NCBI GenBank assembly: GCA_965198065.1
Contig: CBDAON010000004.1
Span: 1,920,001-1,984,000 of the forward strand
Source: Longimicrobiales bacterium
GTDB taxonomy: Bacteria; Gemmatimonadota; Gemmatimonadetes; Longimicrobiales; Gaopeijiaceae
Reading direction: 5' to 3'
Length of the DNA stretch: 64,000 nt
Shown here: positions 25,523 to 36,468 of the stretch, one piece after another
Numbering within the stretch: the stretch's first letter is position 1
How the letters are laid out: each line of letters opens with the position of its first letter
Translations under genes and position numbers: made by a program
The notes under the pieces: model-generated
Seen by the model: the letters and a program-made list of their open reading frames with translations, nothing else
Told to the model about the DNA's origin: nothing
The model's database searches: none

Positions 25523-26860
25523 TCACGGCGCCGCGAGGATCTCCATGTCTCGCCCGGGGTCAAGCGGAAACTGGCACCTCACCCGAGCTTGATCACCCTC
25601 CCGGGAGACATCGACTTGAGCAGGCTCACCCCCAATCCGGACCTCGCCCGGGCGAAACTGGGGAAGGAGGGGCTCGAAGACCAGGTTCAGCGGGACCCTG
25701 CCCTCGCTCTGGGACACGTGGACTCTCACGGAGTGCTCCGACCGGCTCCAGACGACGGAGACGGAGGCGTCGCCGACCCGGAGTCCGCGGACCTCCCCTG
25801 CACCCGACTCGGCGATCCGGGGCGCGAGGCGAAGGCGGCCGAACGGGCCGTCGGGAATCGCTCCAAGGCAGCCTTCGACCCAGTCGCGAACCACGGCCGC
25901 GGCAGCGGGGGTCCCTCCAGCCGGGGTCATGGAGGCACCCTCCGGCGTCCTTCGGGGCGGCAGCGCCTCCCGAAGTCCCGAGAGGTCCAGCGCGACCGGA
26001 ACCCCCGTGCTGGCCGCGACCCGCTCGAGCGCGGATCGTCGTGCACTCAGGGGACGGGCGTCACCCGTCCACGCTACCCAGTCTGCGGCCAGGTGGAGGA
26101 GGGGGAGCGGCGGAATCGCCCGGTGGTCCAGTGCGGTCTCCAGGATGGCCCGGGCGAGGGCTCGACGTCCGCTCTCGAGCGCTGCCGTCCCCAGCTCGGC
26201 GAGTTCGACGCCCTGGAGATACCAGGGCCGATCGGGTCGCGCTCCGGCGAGGAACGGCCCGAGCGGCTCCCCCTGGGCTCCCATCCCGAGCGGCGCGTCG
26301 TCGATGCTGAGGAGGGCCCGCTCGACGGACGGATCCGGGGAGCCGTCTACGAGCACGCTAAGCCCGGTCTTCCCGTGGGAAAGAGAGCGCCGGGCGCGCA
26401 TGCGTCGGCGCGCGTCCAGTGAGCGGAGGAGGTCCGTCGATCGATCCGGCGGGGCATCGCCCGGGAGGACGACCAGGGTCGCGGCCTCGCCGGGAGAGAG
26501 CGGGAGTGTCGCGGCTTCGGGGGGATCCCCATGGCCGATGTGGATGCGCACCAAGAGCCGGGAGCTGGGCGGCAAAGGGGGCGCTGATGGAGACCCCGCC
26601 GGCCGGGAGAGCCACTGGAGCACCATAGCCTGCGGAGCGTCGCACAAGAGCCCGGTCTCCAAGAGGGCTCCACCGTGCTCGAGGCGCACCGTCCTAGACC
26701 AGGCGCCCCTTCCCGCCCGCCCTCTCTCGGAGCCCCCGACCGGAACACCGTCGAGCGTCAGCGCGAGCTCCCCCGTGAGCCGATCCTCCCCACGGAAGAG
26801 GCCCCGGAGACCCAGCCCAGGGTGGACGAGGGCCACTAGTCCCCCGCCCGTTACGGGCAC
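25523..26860 (-). CDS. Hypothetical protein with remote glycogen-debranching/glycoside hydrolase-like segments
   Basis: LAADWVAWTGD and LGAIPDGPFGRLRLAPR...GLRVGD segments; start uncertain. Confidence 0.5.
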   Translation of the reverse strand: MPVTGGGLVALVHPGLGLRGLFRGEDRLTGELALTLDGVPVGGSERGRAGRGAWSRTVRLEHGGALLETGLLCDAPQAMVLQWLSRPAGSPSAPPLPPSSRLLVRIHIGHGDPPEAATLPLSPGEAATLVVLPGDAPPDRSTDLLRSLDARRRMRARRSLSHGKTGLSVLVDGSPDPSVERALLSIDDAPLGMGAQGEPLGPFLAGARPDRPWYLQGVELAELGTAALESGRRALARAILETALDHRAIPPLPLLHLAADWVAWTGDARPLSARRSALERVAASTGVPVALDLSGLREALPPRRTPEGASMTPAGGTPAAAAVVRDWVEGCLGAIPDGPFGRLRLAPRIAESGAGEVRGLRVGDASVSVVWSRSEHSVRVHVSQSEGRVPLNLVFEPLLPQFRPGEVRIGGEPAQVDVSREGDQARVRCQFPLDPGRDMEILAAP

Positions 26861-26946
26861 GACGTCCGACCCTTGGACCAGGGCCGGAACGGTCTCGTCA
26901 GGGCCTGTGCCGAACTCGGCCGACGGGAGCGGCCGGAGGAGGGGTC

Positions 26947-27474
26947 TCAGCCTCCCCAGTGAAAGCCCAGGTCGTCACCCTCGCGCTCCTCCGGCCTCCA
27001 CTGAAAGTGTCCACCCTCCTGACGCTCCCCCTCGGAGGAGGCCTCGGGGGTGGACGGAGGCTGCTCCCCCCAACGAAAGGATGGCGACCCGGCTTGTCCA
27101 GGTCCCCAGATGAAGCCCAAAGGGTCACCGGCGGAAGGGATCGGGTCCTGGGGGCGTCGCTTCGTCACCCCGCTTCCCCGACCCTCCACGCCCCACTCGA
27201 AGCTCGGCCGCGGCGGCTCCTCTTCCGACTCGAACGGAGGGTCGGTCGGGACGAGCCAACGCCGGCGTCGGCTGATGCCAGACCAGTGACAGCGTGCACA
27301 CCAGCGGCGCTCGATCCAGCGGCGGAGCAGCCCCATCCATGGGTCTTTCAGGGGGGAGGTGGCGTGATGGCAGTTCGGGCAGGCCCAACGAGCCGGCACC
27401 TTGCGCAGGGCCCAGAGCGCGATCGCCAGAGCAGCCCCGAAAGAGATCGCGAGCGGCGTCCAGAAGGAAAGCAA
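26947..27474 (-). CDS. Membrane-anchored zinc-ribbon protein with repeated FxWG motifs
   Basis: N-terminal TM helix; CPNC and CARC; FEWG, FIWG, FRWG, FQWR and FHWG in the tail. Confidence 0.65.
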   Translation of the reverse strand: MLSFWTPLAISFGAALAIALWALRKVPARWACPNCHHATSPLKDPWMGLLRRWIERRWCARCHWSGISRRRRWLVPTDPPFESEEEPPRPSFEWGVEGRGSGVTKRRPQDPIPSAGDPLGFIWGPGQAGSPSFRWGEQPPSTPEASSEGERQEGGHFQWRPEEREGDDLGFHWGG

Positions 27475-27709
27475 GGCAGTCTCCGGGCACCCAGCCGAGC
27501 CGAGAGGTCACGGACGAAGCAGGCCCGACGTGCTGGAGACGGGCCCGGCTCCGTTGCGTGCCCAGAATAACTTCGGGGTTCCCGCGGAAACAAGAACGAC
27601 TGGAAGGCCGGCGACCGACTCTCTACCTTACGCTCTTCGCGTCCAGGGGTCTTCGCGCGTGCTCTATCTCGGCGCGTTTGTCTCACGTTCGGGTCTGGGG
27701 AGACGCCGA

Positions 27710-28687
27710 ATGGGTTCGCTCCGATCCTTCATGGACACGCATTACCGCCACTTCAACGCGCGTGAGACCGTAGCGGCGGCGCGCGCCTACGAGGAGCACC
27801 TGGAGGCGGGCGGGAAGATGCTCGTGGCCATCGCGGGCGCGATGTCCACGGCCGAGCTCGGCGTCATCCTCTCGCGCATGATTCGGGCGGACAACGTGCA
27901 TGCGATCTCCTGTACCGGGGCAAACCTCGAGGAGGACGTGTTCAATCTGCTCGGTCACGACGAGTACGAGGTCATCCCAGACTGGCGCGCCCTTTCAGCC
28001 GAGGACGAGGTCGCGCTCTATCGGAAGGGCATGAACCGGGTGACGGATACGTGCATCCCGGAGGACATCATGCGCCACCTCGAAGAGCGGCTGACCGACC
28101 GGTGGCGGGAAGCGTGCGAAGGTGGAACACGCAAGCTGCCCTCCGAATTCCTATTCGACGTCCTGAGGGGTGGGGAGCTGGAGAGCGCGTATCAGCTCGA
28201 TCCGTCGGAATCCTGGTTTCTAGCGGCCATGGAGAAAGAGCTCCCGGTCTATTCGCCCGGGTGGGAGGACTCGACCACGGGGAACATGTTGGCGGCCAAC
28301 GTCTTGCTCGGAAAGGTACCACACCACCAGTGCGTCAAGACGGGAACGGAGCAGTTCGCGCACCTGATCGAGTGGTACCTCGCGAACAACGGGGCCGCGA
28401 ACGGCCTTCCGTCCGTGGGCTTCTTCCAGATAGGGGGGGGGATCGCTGGGGACTTCGCGATCTGTGCGGTCCCGTCCATCATTCAGGACATGAGGCGCGA
28501 GAGCCCGTTCTGGGGATACTTCTGTCAGATCTCGGACGCCGAGGTATCGTACGGAGGGTACTCGGGCGCGGTCCCCAACGAAAAGATCACGTGGGGGAAA
28601 CTGGCCGCCGACACCCCCAAGTTCGTGATCAAGTCCGACGCCACGATCGTGGCCCCCCTCGTGTTCGGCTACGTCCTGGGGGATTGA
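27710..28687 (+). CDS. Deoxyhypusine synthase family protein
   Basis: AGAMSTAELG, TGANLEED, IGGGIAGDF and YSGAVPNEKITWGK. Confidence 0.95.
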   Translation: MGSLRSFMDTHYRHFNARETVAAARAYEEHLEAGGKMLVAIAGAMSTAELGVILSRMIRADNVHAISCTGANLEEDVFNLLGHDEYEVIPDWRALSAEDEVALYRKGMNRVTDTCIPEDIMRHLEERLTDRWREACEGGTRKLPSEFLFDVLRGGELESAYQLDPSESWFLAAMEKELPVYSPGWEDSTTGNMLAANVLLGKVPHHQCVKTGTEQFAHLIEWYLANNGAANGLPSVGFFQIGGGIAGDFAICAVPSIIQDMRRESPFWGYFCQISDAEVSYGGYSGAVPNEKITWGKLAADTPKFVIKSDATIVAPLVFGYVLGD

Positions 28688-28721
28688 GCCCTCGCGGGGC
28701 GCCGAATCCCCGGCCGCCCCG

Positions 28722-29090
28722 TCACATCGCCACCTGGACGCTCCCGCTCATCATCAGGCCGTGGACTATGCAGAAGTAGGTGTACGTGCCGGGCGTCGTG
28801 GGCGTCGTGGGCATCGTGGACTGGAAGGCCCCGCTCGACTGAATCACCGAGTTGGCGAGCCCGGAGGTGTTGCTCCCCCTCCAGTTGACATCGTGCGGCT
28901 CCGACCCTGCCCAGGTCCACGTCACCATGGCTCCGGGCGAGACCCGGATGTCCTCTGGGCTGAAGAAGTTGTCCCGGACCGAGACCGACGTCGTCGCCAC
29001 CGGGCCGCCCCCACCGTCGGTCGGGGAGTCGCTGCCGCCGCACGCCGTGGCCAGCACGGCCAGGAGGGCCGTGCACAGGTAAATCGACCT
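28722..29090 (-). pseudogene. Cupredoxin (plastocyanin-like) lipoprotein, copy 2, lacking its start
   Basis: Lipobox ATAC; DNFFSP; Cu ligands H...YFCIVH...M; 5' end fused to copy 1. Confidence 0.75.
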
Positions 29091-29459
29091 AGGCGTACGT
29101 GCCGGTGGTCGCGGGCATGGTGGCCAGGAAGGCCCCACTCGACTGCGTCGCCGAGTCGGTCAGCCCGGAGGCGTTGCTCCCCGTCCACGTGACGCTGTGC
29201 TCCGCGCTTCCCGCCCAGGTCCACGTCACCGTCGCCTGGGGCGACACCTGGATGTCCTCCGGGCTGAAGAAGTTGTCCTGGACCGAGACCGAGGTCGTCA
29301 CCGTGGGGCCGCCTCCCCCCCCCCACCGCCTCCCCCGCCGTTCCCGCTCCCTCCATTCCCGCCGTCCGTCGGGGAGTCGCTGCCGCCGCAGGCTGTAGCC
29401 AACACGGCCAGAAGCGCGGTACACAGGTATGTCGACCTGCGCGAACTGAAGTGAATCAT
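29089..29459 (-). pseudogene. Cupredoxin lipoprotein, copy 1, truncated before the Cys/His/Met ligands and frameshifted in the Gly-linker homopolymer
   Basis: MIHFSSRRSTYLCTALLAVLATAC...DNFFSPEDIQV...GTYA*. Confidence 0.75.
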
Positions 29460-29610
29460 CGTGAATCTCCCGTTTGGTTTGCGAGACACCTCGCTGTGGT
29501 GGTGTCAGCGCCGAAGCATCGACGCCGATCCGACCCTTCCGACGCTGTATACGCGCGAGTCGGGGGGTCGAACTCTCAATTTGTTCATGAAACACCCTGA
29601 AAGGGAAGTG

Positions 29611-31101
29611 TCACGTGCGCCGATCAGGGGGGGAGCCGACCGCCGCGACCACGTCGGCGAGCCGAGCTGCCAGGGCCTTCGGGATCTCGTGGACGAGCCC
29701 CCTCCCCCCGAGGATCCCGCGGCCAAGCACCATGTGCTCCCACTCCAGGGCGTAGGGACCGGGCGACCGCCCGGGGACGGCGACCGGGCGGCCGTCCAGA
29801 AGCGTTCTCAGTTGAATCCGATCGAGCTGGATCCGGCGGGTCGGAGCCAGATGGCGCCCCCAGCGTGTGAGGAAGTGGTTCGATGGGGTCGGGGCGCCCC
29901 CGGCTCCCTTTCGGAGCGCACGGATTCCGAGGGATACGACGCGCCAGCCCCCGCCCCGCCCCGAGCGGGGCCACGACGGGACCGGCCACGATCCCAGGGT
30001 GTGCGCCCAGACGCTGTCACCCCGGACCATCCATTGGACTCCCGCCAGCTCGTCCGAATTAGCGAACCAGTGCTCTAGTTCTGTACCAGACGAGTATCGG
30101 AAAGTATTGTCGTAGCTTGCGGGATCGTCTCCGAAGATCTCGGGAACGCGGCTCCACCCATCCGCGGGCTGCCCTTCGGAGCCGAGCCCGGAGCGTCGGA
30201 GCTTGACCATGAAGAGGCCGCCCGAGTCCAGTTGGTGGGGATAGACCCGCCAGGCGTGGCGGAGGTCGGGGTGGTAGGTCTGATCCCGCCATCGGTCGAG
30301 CCCCGGCGAGTGCGGGAGCCGAAGGGAGATGGGCTCGACCTGGACCGGCGCGCCCTCCATGGCGCGGCTCACGACCCCCTCGTTCTCCTCAGGCGCGAAC
30401 GTGCACGTGGAGTAAACGATGGTCCCTCCCGGTCGGGTGAGATCTATGGCGCGGCGAAGGAGAGCCTCCTGCAGGGACGTCACGTACGACACGAAATTGG
30501 GGCTCCGGGGCGTCTCGCTTCTGCCCTTCCGGCGAATGGTTCCCTCGGCGGAGCAGGGGGCGTCCACAAGCACCCGGTCGAACAGCGCCGTGCCGGGAAC
30601 CGCCCGCCCGTCCATAGCAACCACGAGAACGTTTGTATGTCCAAGGCGGAACACGTTCGCGAGGAGGCCGCGGAGCCGCTTCTCCTTGGGGTCGACGGCG
30701 ACGAGGGAGCCACGATCCTCCATGAGCTGGGCGAGATGCGTCGTTTTGCCCCCGGGCGCCGCACAGAGGTCGAGGACCCGTTCTCCGGGGGTCGGTGCCA
30801 GGGCCAGCACGGGGAGCGTCATCACCGTCTGCTGAATGTGGAAAAGTCCCAGCCAGTGCTCGATGGTTTGGGCGATGGACCTCGGGCCAGCGACCAGCCG
30901 GTACTGAGACGCGAGCCCGGGGACCGGCTCGAGGGCGAAACCTTGGGCTCCGAGGTGCCGAAGAAGCTCCTCGGGGGTCGTAAGTCCAAGTCGGACGCGA
31001 ACGCCCACGGGCTCGGGCGTTGAGATGGCCGCCTGGAAGCCCGGCCAATCCGGCACGAACTCACGGTACCGAGCCAGGGATGGTGAACGGATTTCGTTCA
31101 T
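29611..31101 (-). CDS. RsmB/NOP (RsmF-like) RNA m5C methyltransferase
   Basis: VLDLCAAPGGKT, VLVDAPCSAEG and YSTCTFAPEENE. Confidence 0.93.
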   Translation of the reverse strand: MNEIRSPSLARYREFVPDWPGFQAAISTPEPVGVRVRLGLTTPEELLRHLGAQGFALEPVPGLASQYRLVAGPRSIAQTIEHWLGLFHIQQTVMTLPVLALAPTPGERVLDLCAAPGGKTTHLAQLMEDRGSLVAVDPKEKRLRGLLANVFRLGHTNVLVVAMDGRAVPGTALFDRVLVDAPCSAEGTIRRKGRSETPRSPNFVSYVTSLQEALLRRAIDLTRPGGTIVYSTCTFAPEENEGVVSRAMEGAPVQVEPISLRLPHSPGLDRWRDQTYHPDLRHAWRVYPHQLDSGGLFMVKLRRSGLGSEGQPADGWSRVPEIFGDDPASYDNTFRYSSGTELEHWFANSDELAGVQWMVRGDSVWAHTLGSWPVPSWPRSGRGGGWRVVSLGIRALRKGAGGAPTPSNHFLTRWGRHLAPTRRIQLDRIQLRTLLDGRPVAVPGRSPGPYALEWEHMVLGRGILGGRGLVHEIPKALAARLADVVAAVGSPPDRRT

Positions 31102-31116
31102 GGTAACATCGTATTC

Positions 31117-32439
31117 ATGACTTTCGACCCCTTCTCCGGTCACGCTGCCCCACGCGCTCGCACGGAGCTCCCAGACCCCGAGTCACACGCCTGGGGGCCG
31201 GAACCGGGAGACCCCGGGGGACCGGCTCCGTTCCCGGGCGCCCTCCCCCGCGCCATCACCCCCCGCTTCAGGTGGCTGCTCCAGGCCGCTCCCGTCGTGG
31301 TCATAACAGGACCTCACGGCGCGGGCGTGGAGACCCTCCTGTCGTCCGTTCCCGAGCTCCGCTCCTGGTCCGTAGGCTCCCTGGAGGACCTCGCCTTCCG
31401 CTTCCGCATCATACGCGACCCCGGCGGGCTCCTCGCGTCGGGCCGGTGGATCCTCCACGCCGTCCACCTCTGGCCCGAGCTCTGGACCCACGTGCGAGAG
31501 GCGGTGGACCTGCGGGAGCGCGCCCCCGGGCAGCTGGTGCTCACGTCCCCCCTTCAGCTCCAGGCCGATCTGGGCCGCGCCGAGCGCCTCGGGTCACGGG
31601 CGGTGTTCCTTCAGCTGGGTCCCCTCACCCGGCGCGAGCGCGCCGGGCAGGGGACGCCCGGCCCGTGGAGCGAGCTCTTCAAGACCCGCGACGAGAAGTG
31701 GGGGAGCGTCGTGGAGTGGGGAACGGGCGGGCGAGCCGACTGGGAGGCGGAGGTACGGGTGAGCGGGCTCACGGACGGGTTCTCGCCGTCCACGGATGGG
31801 CTCTCCCGGCTCCGTTCGGGCCGGACGTTCATCGAGGAGCTTTCCGCCATCACCGAGGTGGAGGCTCCCGAGAAGCTGCTGAGCCTCCTCGTGGCAGCCT
31901 CCCGGCACACCGGCAACCTGCTCAACCGGGCGGCGTTGGCGAGGGCGGCCGGGATCCCGCGTCCCACCGCCCACCGCCATCTGGACCTGCTCGAGCGGGC
32001 CTACGCTCTCCGATTCCTTCCGGCGTATGGAATCAAGAACGAGAAGCGTGGGCTCAGGACCGCGCGGCTTCACGTCGTCGAGCCCGCCCTGGCCATCCAG
32101 CTGGCGGGGGCCGATAGTCCGGAGAAGGGCCATCTGGAGGCCCTGATCATGAACGAGCTCGCGACGTGGCGGAACACCGACGCGTGGCCTCTGCAGCTCT
32201 ATCACTGAGGCACCCAAGGCGGTGCAGAGGTTCCCTTCGTGCTCGAGCGGAACGGCCGCTTCCTCCCGGTGGGAGTGACGCTCTCCGAGCGACCCCTCCG
32301 AGGAGACGCGCGGGCCCTGGCTTCATTCCTGGACAGGATGGGCCCGAACGCTCGCGGTGCCCTGCTCCTCCACACGGGAGAGGAGACGGCCCGGCTCACC
32401 CCCAGGGTCTGGGCTGTCCCCTGGTGGCGAATGGCATGA
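31117..32439 (+). pseudogene. Degenerate AAA_14/DUF4143-type protein with an in-frame TGA at 32206-32208
   Basis: VVVITGPHGAG, PGQLVLTS and LYH*GTQGGAEVPFVLE; ORF 32239-32439 is in frame with 31117-32208. Confidence 0.7.
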
Positions 32440-32484
32440 GGCTCCGCTATACATTAGCTTGAGCCAGCCGAGCTCAGGGTGATA

Positions 32485-32534
32485 GGGTGATTTGGAGCAT
32501 ATTGCGACCCGGGCAACCGAACCGCTAAAAAGCT
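32485..32534 (+). ncRNA. SAM-II-like riboswitch aptamer upstream of metH
   Basis: GGGU-GAUUU-ggAGCauaUUGC-GACCC...GCUAAaaaGCU matches the SAM-II pseudoknot pattern; located in the metH leader. Confidence 0.65.
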
Positions 32535-32537
32535 ACT

Positions 32538-32576
32538 CCCCTCGGCGCGTTCATGGTGGCGAGGGGCTTCGTTTTC
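32538..32576 (+). terminator. Putative attenuator hairpin after the aptamer
   Basis: cccctcg...cgagggg stem followed by cttcgttttc. Confidence 0.5.
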
Positions 32577-32670
32577 TCCCCCTCGCTCGAACGCCCCTCG
32601 CTGAGACGGCGACGGGTCGGATTCACCCGCGTCGGGGCGAGAGCCTCCCTCTCGGAGGGAAGGTCCCCCT

Positions 32671-35600
32671 ATGACCACGTTCGAATCCGGCGACTTCCTT
32701 CGCGGGTCCAGCCTGGACACCGTAGAGAAGCGACCCGAGCCCCTTCCGCGCTCGCTCGACGAGGTGGCCGGCGAGCGGATCCTCGTCCTCGACGGAGCGA
32801 TGGGGACGCTGATCCAGCAGCTCGGGCTCGATGGGGACGCCTACCGTGGGGAGCGCTTCCGGGACCACGGGAAGAGCCTCGAGGGGAATCACGACGTCCT
32901 CGTCCTGACCCAACCCGACGTGATCGAGGGCCTCCATCGGCAGTATCTGGAGGCGGGTGCCGACATCATCGAGACGAACACGTTCAGCTCCACCGGAATC
33001 GGGCAGCTCGAGTACGGGCTCGAGGGCGTCGTCGGGGAGCTGAACCGTGAAGCGGCCCGGATCGCACGACGGGCCGTGGAGGGCTTCCGGGCCATCGAGC
33101 CCGGGCCACCTCGCTTCGTGTGCGGGATCCTCGGACCCACGAACCGCACGGCCTCAATCTCGCCACGGGTGCAGGATCCCGCGTTCCGCAACGTCACGTT
33201 CCAGGATTTGGTCACGGTCTATGCCGAGGCCGTGCGGGGCCTCGTGGATGGCGGCTCGGACCTCCTCATGGTGGAGACCGTCTACGACACCCTGAACGCC
33301 AAGGCGGCCGTCTACGCGATCCAGCAGGTCTTCGAGGAGGTCGGGAGGGAGCTGCCTCTGATGATCTCGGGCACGATCACTGACCTGTCGGGCCGGACGC
33401 TGTCGGGACAGACGCCGGAAGCGTTCCTTAACTCGGTGCGCCACGCGCGTCCGTTTTCGGTCGGTCTCAACTGCGCGCTCGGGGCCCGCCAGCTCACGCC
33501 CTACCTGGAGGAGCTGTCCCGTGCGGCCGAGACCCGTACGAGCTGCCACCCGAACGCTGGGCTTCCGAACGAGTTCGGGGGATACGACCAGACCCCCGAG
33601 GAGATGGCGTCCATCATCGGGGACTTCGCGAAGCGCGGGCTCGTCAACGTCGTGGGAGGGTGCTGCGGCACGACGCCCAACCACGTCGCCGCGGTGGTGG
33701 AGGCCGTGTCCCCGCACCCGCCGCGGGAGGTCCCGAGGCCACCCAGGCTCTGCCGTCTCTCGGGGCTCGAGCCGCTGAACGTGGGACGCCAGCTCAACTT
33801 CGTGAACATCGGGGAGCGGACGAACGTCACGGGCTCGAAGCGGTTCCGGACCTTCATCCAGGAGGAGCGTTGGGACGAGGCGCTCGAAGTGGCGCGTGGG
33901 CAGGTTGAGGGGGGAGCGCAGATCCTGGACGTGAACATGGACGAGGGCCTGCTCGACTCGATGGAGGCCATGGTCCATTTCCTACGCCTGATCCAGTCCG
34001 AGCCGGACATCTCGCGGATTCCGGTCATGGTGGATTCGTCTCGCTGGGAGGTCATCGAGGCGGGCCTCAGGTGTCTTCAGGGGAAGGGGATCGTGAACTC
34101 CATTTCCCTGAAGGACGGGGAAGATGCGTTCCGGGAGCGGGCTCGCGCGGTTCTCCGATACGGGGCTGCGATCGTGGTCATGGCCTTCGACGAGGAAGGC
34201 CAGGCGGACACCCGCGAGCGCAAGGTCCAGATCTGCACGCGCGCGTACCGGATCCTCACGGAAGAGGTAGGCGTTCCGCGGGAGGACATCATCTTCGACC
34301 CGAACGTCTTCGCGGTCGCCACGGGCATCCCAGAGTACGATGGCTACGCGGTCGCGTTCATAGAGGCGGTGCGGGAGATCAAGGACTCGCTGCCCTACGC
34401 CCTCACGAGCGGCGGGATCTCCAACCTGTCCTTCTCGTTCCGGGGGAACCCGCTTCTCCGGGAAGCCATGCACACGATCTTCTTATACCACGCCATTCGG
34501 ACGGGGCTCGACATGGGGATCGTGAACGCGGGGGCCCTTCCCGTCTACGACGAGGTGCCCGCTGAGCTCCGCGAGGCCGTGGAGGACGTCCTCTTCCAGA
34601 GGCGGCCGGACGCGACGGAGCGGCTCACCGCGCTGGCCGAGCGGCTCCGTGGAGAGGGAACGCAGAGGGACGAGGACCTGTCCTGGAGGGACGTGTCTCC
34701 AGAGGAGCGGCTCGTCCATTCGCTGGTAAAGGGGATCGACCGCTGGATCGAGGAGGACACCGAGGAAGCAAGGGGGGGCGCCGCGCGGTCGCTCGACGTG
34801 ATTGAGGGGCCTCTCATGAAGGGGATGAACGTCGTGGGGGACCTCTTTGGCTCAGGGAAGATGTTTCTTCCTCAGGTCGTGAAGAGCGCGCGGGTCATGA
34901 AGAAGGCGGTGGCCTACCTGCTCCCGTTCATTGAGGCGGAGACGGTCGAGGGAGACGGTCCGTCCTCCAAGGGGCGCATCCTTCTCGCCACTGTAAAGGG
35001 GGACGTGCACGACATCGGGAAGAACATCGTCGGCGTCGTCCTCCAGTGTAACGGATACGAGGTGCTGGACCTCGGGGTTATGGTGCCGTCGGAGAAGATT
35101 CTGGAGACGGCTCGTGAGAAGGGCGTGGACATCATTGGGCTGTCGGGCCTCGTCACGCCGTCGCTGGACGAGATGGTGCATGTGGCGGAAGAGTTGGACC
35201 GGGAGGGGTTCCAGCTGCCCCTCCTGATCGGGGGTGCCACGACCTCCCGTGCGCACACGGCCATCAAGGTGGAGGAGCGCTACAAGGGCCCCACGGTCCA
35301 TGTGCTCGACGCGTCGAGGGCGGTGGGGGTCGTATCGAAGCTTCTGAACCCCAAGGAGCGAGTGGGATACCTGGCCCGAACCCGCGAGGAGTACGCGGAG
35401 TTGCGCGCGCGGCACCGCGGGCGGAGGGACCGCTCCCCGACGCTGCCCCTGGCCGAAGCGCGCGCGAACCGATTCCCCGTGGACTGGGAGGCGTACGTGC
35501 CGCCTCGGCCCCGGTCCACGTCTCTCCATACATTCACGGATCACCCGCTCGAGAAGCTCCTGGACTACATCGACTGGACCCCCTTCTTCCACGCGTGGGA

Positions 35601-36468
35601 GCTGAGGGGCAAGTATCCGGAGATCCTCACCCACCCGGACCGGGGGGAGGCGGCGACCCGGCTCTTCGAGGACGCGCGCGTCCTCCTGGACGAGATCGTC
35701 GGTGGGAAGCTCCTGCGAGCCGCGGGCGCCGCCCGCATCTGGCCGGCTCAGGCGGTCGGCGATGACGTCGAGCTGTACGAGTCGGAGGAGCGGGATCAGG
35801 CCGTCGCGCGGATCCACACGCTCCGCCAACAGTTCTCGAAGGGCGGAGAGCGAGCGAACCTTTCGCTCGCCGACTTCGTGGCCCCGAAGGGCAGCGGGCG
35901 GCCCGACTGGGCAGGGGCGTTCGTGGTGACAGCCGGGCTGGGGCTGGACAAACTCGTCGCCCGCTTCCGGGAGGCGCACGATGACTACCGCGCCATTCTC
36001 GCCCAGTCGCTGGCCGACCGGCTCGCGGAGGCCTTTGCCGAGTGGCTGCACGAGGAAGTGCGGCAGGAGATCTGGGGTTACGCCTCCGGTGAGAAGCTCT
36101 CGCACGAGGAGCGCATCCTGGAGCGGTACCGCGGGATCCGGCCGGCGCCCGGCTATCCGGCCTGTCCGGATCACGCGGAGAAGGGGACGCTTGCCCGACT
36201 CCTCGACGCAGAGACGATCGTCGGGGTGACGCTCACGGAAAGCTTCGCCATGCTGCCGACCGCGGCCGTAGCCGGCTGGTATCTCTCGCACCCGGATGGG
36301 TTCTACTTCGGGATTGGGCGCGTGGGCCGGGATCAGGTCGAGGACTACGCGAAGCGGAAAGGCTGGTCGGTCGAGGAAGCCGAACGGTGGCTCCGGCCCA
36401 ACCTGGAGTACGAGTCCGAAGAAGGCCCGAGCCGGTCCGAGCGGAAAGGAGAGGAGAGGAGCGCATGA
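32671..36468 (+). CDS. metH: Cobalamin-dependent methionine synthase
   Basis: [33 protein letters not shown] and [12 protein letters not shown]; 1265 aa. Confidence 0.98.
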   Translation: MTTFESGDFLRGSSLDTVEKRPEPLPRSLDEVAGERILVLDGAMGTLIQQLGLDGDAYRGERFRDHGKSLEGNHDVLVLTQPDVIEGLHRQYLEAGADIIETNTFSSTGIGQLEYGLEGVVGELNREAARIARRAVEGFRAIEPGPPRFVCGILGPTNRTASISPRVQDPAFRNVTFQDLVTVYAEAVRGLVDGGSDLLMVETVYDTLNAKAAVYAIQQVFEEVGRELPLMISGTITDLSGRTLSGQTPEAFLNSVRHARPFSVGLNCALGARQLTPYLEELSRAAETRTSCHPNAGLPNEFGGYDQTPEEMASIIGDFAKRGLVNVVGGCCGTTPNHVAAVVEAVSPHPPREVPRPPRLCRLSGLEPLNVGRQLNFVNIGERTNVTGSKRFRTFIQEERWDEALEVARGQVEGGAQILDVNMDEGLLDSMEAMVHFLRLIQSEPDISRIPVMVDSSRWEVIEAGLRCLQGKGIVNSISLKDGEDAFRERARAVLRYGAAIVVMAFDEEGQADTRERKVQICTRAYRILTEEVGVPREDIIFDPNVFAVATGIPEYDGYAVAFIEAVREIKDSLPYALTSGGISNLSFSFRGNPLLREAMHTIFLYHAIRTGLDMGIVNAGALPVYDEVPAELREAVEDVLFQRRPDATERLTALAERLRGEGTQRDEDLSWRDVSPEERLVHSLVKGIDRWIEEDTEEARGGAARSLDVIEGPLMKGMNVVGDLFGSGKMFLPQVVKSARVMKKAVAYLLPFIEAETVEGDGPSSKGRILLATVKGDVHDIGKNIVGVVLQCNGYEVLDLGVMVPSEKILETAREKGVDIIGLSGLVTPSLDEMVHVAEELDREGFQLPLLIGGATTSRAHTAIKVEERYKGPTVHVLDASRAVGVVSKLLNPKERVGYLARTREEYAELRARHRGRRDRSPTLPLAEARANRFPVDWEAYVPPRPRSTSLHTFTDHPLEKLLDYIDWTPFFHAWELRGKYPEILTHPDRGEAATRLFEDARVLLDEIVGGKLLRAAGAARIWPAQAVGDDVELYESEERDQAVARIHTLRQQFSKGGERANLSLADFVAPKGSGRPDWAGAFVVTAGLGLDKLVARFREAHDDYRAILAQSLADRLAEAFAEWLHEEVRQEIWGYASGEKLSHEERILERYRGIRPAPGYPACPDHAEKGTLARLLDAETIVGVTLTESFAMLPTAAVAGWYLSHPDGFYFGIGRVGRDQVEDYAKRKGWSVEEAERWLRPNLEYESEEGPSRSERKGEERSA

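Noticed and set aside
32206..32208. TGA recoding (Sec or Trp)
   Set aside because: Many genes here terminate at TGA, and the position is not a Cys-equivalent site.
32676..32690. GTTCGAATCC as a tRNA T-loop
   Set aside because: It lies inside the metH coding start and no cloverleaf forms around it.
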